DNA of 8,463 nt from a virus (lineage: Duplodnaviria; Heunggongvirae; Uroviricota; Caudoviricetes), in IMG/VR virus record IMGVR_UViG_3300000096_000017; one strand, given 5' to 3'. The notes beneath the pieces are model-generated. The model was not told the DNA's origin. It made no database searches and saw nothing but the letters and a program-made list of their open reading frames with translations. The translations under genes were made by a program, and so were the position numbers. Of the stretch, positions 6,647-8,463 are shown piece after piece. Every line of letters begins with the position of its first letter. Position 1 is the stretch's first letter.

Positions 6647-7039
6647 TTATTCTACGCTTTCGATAAGAAGACCATGTTCATAACATTTAAGCTCATCGCC
6701 TTCATACAGGAATTGGTATCCAACACCACCATCTTCATGGACATTAGGGAATAACTCATAACTCACTGAAGAGCAAATCACACCAATGCAGCGATCAACT
6801 CCTTCTCGTTCTTCAGTGCTGAAAAAATCCTCTTCGGTAAGAACATGAGTACATTGCTCATCAGCATAGGTCGGAAATACATGCTCGATACAATCCGGAT
6901 GTTTTAAACCAAGTTGATCGGCAAGTTCGAAAGCATGACGGTATTGTTCAGATCCTGGCTTGCCAACAGTGATGTGCTCAATTTTGTAGATTGAAGTCGC
7001 TTTGTTGATAGTTTGCTTAACTGTTACTTTATCAGACAA
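6647..7039 (-). CDS. Hypothetical acidic Cys-containing protein, 130 aa
   Basis: ORF with TTG start at 7039 (no in-frame ATG or GTG anywhere), preceded by AAGGG and beginning 10 nt after the lipoprotein gene stop (TAA 7049-7051), suggesting translational coupling. No motif recognised. Confidence 0.6.
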   Translation of the reverse strand: MSDKVTVKQTINKATSIYKIEHITVGKPGSEQYRHAFELADQLGLKHPDCIEHVFPTYADEQCTHVLTEEDFFSTEEREGVDRCIGVICSSVSYELFPNVHEDGGVGYQFLYEGDELKCYEHGLLIESVE

Positions 7040-7048
7040 AAATCCCTT

Positions 7049-7381
7049 TTAGTTACCGCTGATAGCGCGGTTGTAATCATTAACGTTGCGATTCTTCCTG
7101 TTAATCCCCATCAGCATCGTTTCTGTATCGAGGATATACGCTGGCAGATCATCAAAATATTCACTGCTAAACTCCGGCATCCTGCACATAAATGCACTTT
7201 TGGGGTCAGAGTGCTTAACCTTTGTCGGCGTCGGCGTTAAATTCGCTGATCGACTCCCGGAGCAACCGCTGAGTGTCAGCAGGAATACGCTGGCGAACAT
7301 TACCCGCCGCAACCAGTTGTTTCTGAACTTCAGCTTTTCGTTCCATTTGCCTGTCAGCATACTTGGCTTGTTCTGATTCAT
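7049..7381 (-). CDS. Outer-membrane lipoprotein, 110-aa precursor; candidate o-spanin
   Basis: ATG at 7381 preceded by AGGAAG at 6-nt spacing. Basic N-region, hydrophobic stretch VMFASVFLLTL, lipobox LSGC with Ser at +2 (outer-membrane sorting rule), then a Pro/Thr-rich mature region (TPTPT) with one further Cys. Overlaps the 3' end of the preceding gene in a different frame (7215-7381). Alternative internal ATGs at 7360 and 7300. Confidence 0.7.
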   Translation of the reverse strand: MNQNKPSMLTGKWNEKLKFRNNWLRRVMFASVFLLTLSGCSGSRSANLTPTPTKVKHSDPKSAFMCRMPEFSSEYFDDLPAYILDTETMLMGINRKNRNVNDYNRAISGN

Positions 7382-7637
7382 TTTTCACTTCCTGGCTGTG
7401 AAAATGTTGCTCTGCTTTGTTCATCGTCTCAATGGTCTGGTTAAGATCCATTATTGACTTATCACGTTCCTTAACAGCCTGATCAAGACTGCCAATTTTC
7501 TCCATGGCTTGCTTTAGCAGATGACGTTCCCATGCAAACCCAGCACCAACAAGTGCGCAAATCAGAACAAGAACACCAGTAGCAGCAAGTTTCTCCTTCA
7601 AAGACAAAGCTGTTTTTAACGTAGAAAAGAATGACAT
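7215..7637 (-). CDS. Membrane protein with N-terminal transmembrane segment and coiled-coil-like domain, 140 aa; candidate i-spanin
   Basis: Track ORF starts at TTG 7664, but an in-frame ATG at 7637 is preceded by AGGAGG at 5-nt spacing. One hydrophobic segment (ATGVLVLICALVGAGFAW) followed by a K/E/Q-rich helical region. Its last 167 nt overlap the lipoprotein gene. Confidence 0.7.
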   Translation of the reverse strand: MSFFSTLKTALSLKEKLAATGVLVLICALVGAGFAWERHLLKQAMEKIGSLDQAVKERDKSIMDLNQTIETMNKAEQHFHSQEVKNESEQAKYADRQMERKAEVQKQLVAAGNVRQRIPADTQRLLRESISEFNADADKG

Positions 7638-7676
7638 GTCTTCCTCCTGAAGAAAAATTATCAATGAAGTCCTTTG

Positions 7677-8339
7677 TTACCGTGCCGCTTTGTTTAATTC
7701 ATCAAGAACAGAATCAGGAACCAAAGCGGCGACTGCGCTGGCTGTACTGGCCTTATTTGCTGATGCTTCCGCAAGCGCGGTACCGATAGCATGGTTATAA
7801 GCAGTTATGGCTACGTTGGCGCTTTCCTTCACCCGTTCATACTGCTGTTGCAATGCAACTGTGGGCGCTGTTGTCTGGTTGAAAACAACCCCAAACTGTT
7901 CAGTTGCTACTTTCAGAGATTCAATTTGCTCTTCTGTTAGTGCTGGTGGGGGAGTGGCAGTGCCACCGCCAGAACCAGAGCCTGACGAGCTTCCTGAGCC
8001 AGTGTTAAGGGTCTGGTTAATCTCCCCCATAGCAGCGACTAAACTTGATGTATTAAGCGCGTTTACAGCGTCCTCAAGCGATTTAGTAATAGTCACATCA
8101 CCAATGGCAATAGAGATCGGCAGTTCTGATACTTCTCGCTCATTAGCATGGCAGTAAACATCCCAACCAATATCGAGTTGAAGCAGCATTGACAGATCTG
8201 CATAACCAGCCAACAGGTCCGCGTGCTTAGTTGCCAGTTCTACAATGTTCGTTAAGCCGGTTGTGGTTGTTCTGATCGTTGAAACATAGCTGGTAATAGT
8301 GTCGGGATAGACAATTGTATCCAGAATTAATCCGGTCAA
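7677..8339 (-). CDS. Hypothetical two-domain protein with Gly/Ser-rich linker, 220 aa from the track start
   Basis: Open frame ending at TAA 7677-7679, 39 nt upstream of the next gene. Start is uncertain: the frame is open from 8447, the first start-like codon is TTG at 8339 with no ribosome-binding site, and the first ATG is codon 51. Central linker NTGSGSSSGSGSGGGTATPPP. Confidence 0.6.
   Translation of the reverse strand: MTGLILDTIVYPDTITSYVSTIRTTTTGLTNIVELATKHADLLAGYADLSMLLQLDIGWDVYCHANEREVSELPISIAIGDVTITKSLEDAVNALNTSSLVAAMGEINQTLNTGSGSSSGSGSGGGTATPPPALTEEQIESLKVATEQFGVVFNQTTAPTVALQQQYERVKESANVAITAYNHAIGTALAEASANKASTASAVAALVPDSVLDELNKAAR
7807..8157 (+). other. Plus-strand 116-aa ORF antisense to the 220-aa gene, probably non-coding shadow ORF
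   Basis: Lies entirely inside the minus-strand 220-aa ORF; its translation is low-complexity (the antisense of the Gly/Ser linker reads as PPPEPEPDELPEP). Listed only for completeness. Confidence 0.1.
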
Positions 8340-8374
8340 TTCTTCTGCAAGCAGTTTTGGGTGATGCTGCCAAC

Positions 8375-8463
8375 TTACTGATTTAGTGTATGATGGTGTT
8401 TTTGAGGTGCTCCAGTGGCTTCTGTTTCTATCAGCTGTCCCTCCTGTTCAGCTACTGACGGGG
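8375..8463 (-). CDS. 3' end of an upstream minus-strand gene (partial, start beyond window)
   Basis: A different minus-strand frame is open from the window edge to TAA at 8375-8377 (…PSVAEQEGQLIETEATGAPQKHHHTLNQ*). Only 29 codons are visible, so this is weakly supported. Confidence 0.3.
   Translation of the reverse strand, partial: PSVAEQEGQLIETEATGAPQKHHHTLNQ

Noticed and set aside
6088-6754. Plus-strand ORFs 6088..6375 and 6491..6754
   Set aside because: The first is antisense to repA; the second begins inside the last origin iteron and crosses the GATC cluster, DnaA box and terminator hairpin, which is incompatible with a cis-acting origin.
7013-7376. Plus-strand ORFs 7013..7240 and 7086..7376
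   Set aside because: Antisense to the lipoprotein and membrane-protein genes, which have strong ribosome-binding sites and recognisable protein features.
7950-8010. Gly/Ser-rich coding stretch as a tandem DNA repeat or variable-number region
   Set aside because: The nucleotide sequence is not a clean tandem repeat; it is low-complexity coding for a flexible linker.
1-8463. Insertion sequences, transposase, integrase, toxin-antitoxin pair, tRNA or rRNA
   Set aside because: No terminal inverted repeats with a transposase-sized ORF, no small adjacent two-gene toxin-antitoxin-like pair, and no RNA-gene-like structure were found by eye.

Overview
This window looks like the plasmid-maintenance core of a P1-like phage-plasmid, with every supportable gene on the minus strand. 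Reading in the direction of transcription (high to low coordinate): a partial upstream gene end; a four-gene operon (220-aa protein, a membrane coiled-coil protein overlapping an outer-membrane lipoprotein, a 130-aa protein); an iteron origin with GATC cluster and DnaA boxes; a P1-family repA; a second iteron array in mixed orientation (incA-like); an 810-bp standalone gene with a GIY-YIG-like (T5orf172-type) N-terminus and its own terminator; the parA-parB operon with operator and a P1-type parS; and a large structural gene (probably major head protein) behind a palindromic late-type promoter. The best candidate for something undescribed is the standalone gene at 4325-5134, wedged between the copy-control iterons and the partition operon; I could not assign it a function and do not claim it is a defence system. 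All homology statements are from reading the translations and from memory of P1 biology. No searches were run.
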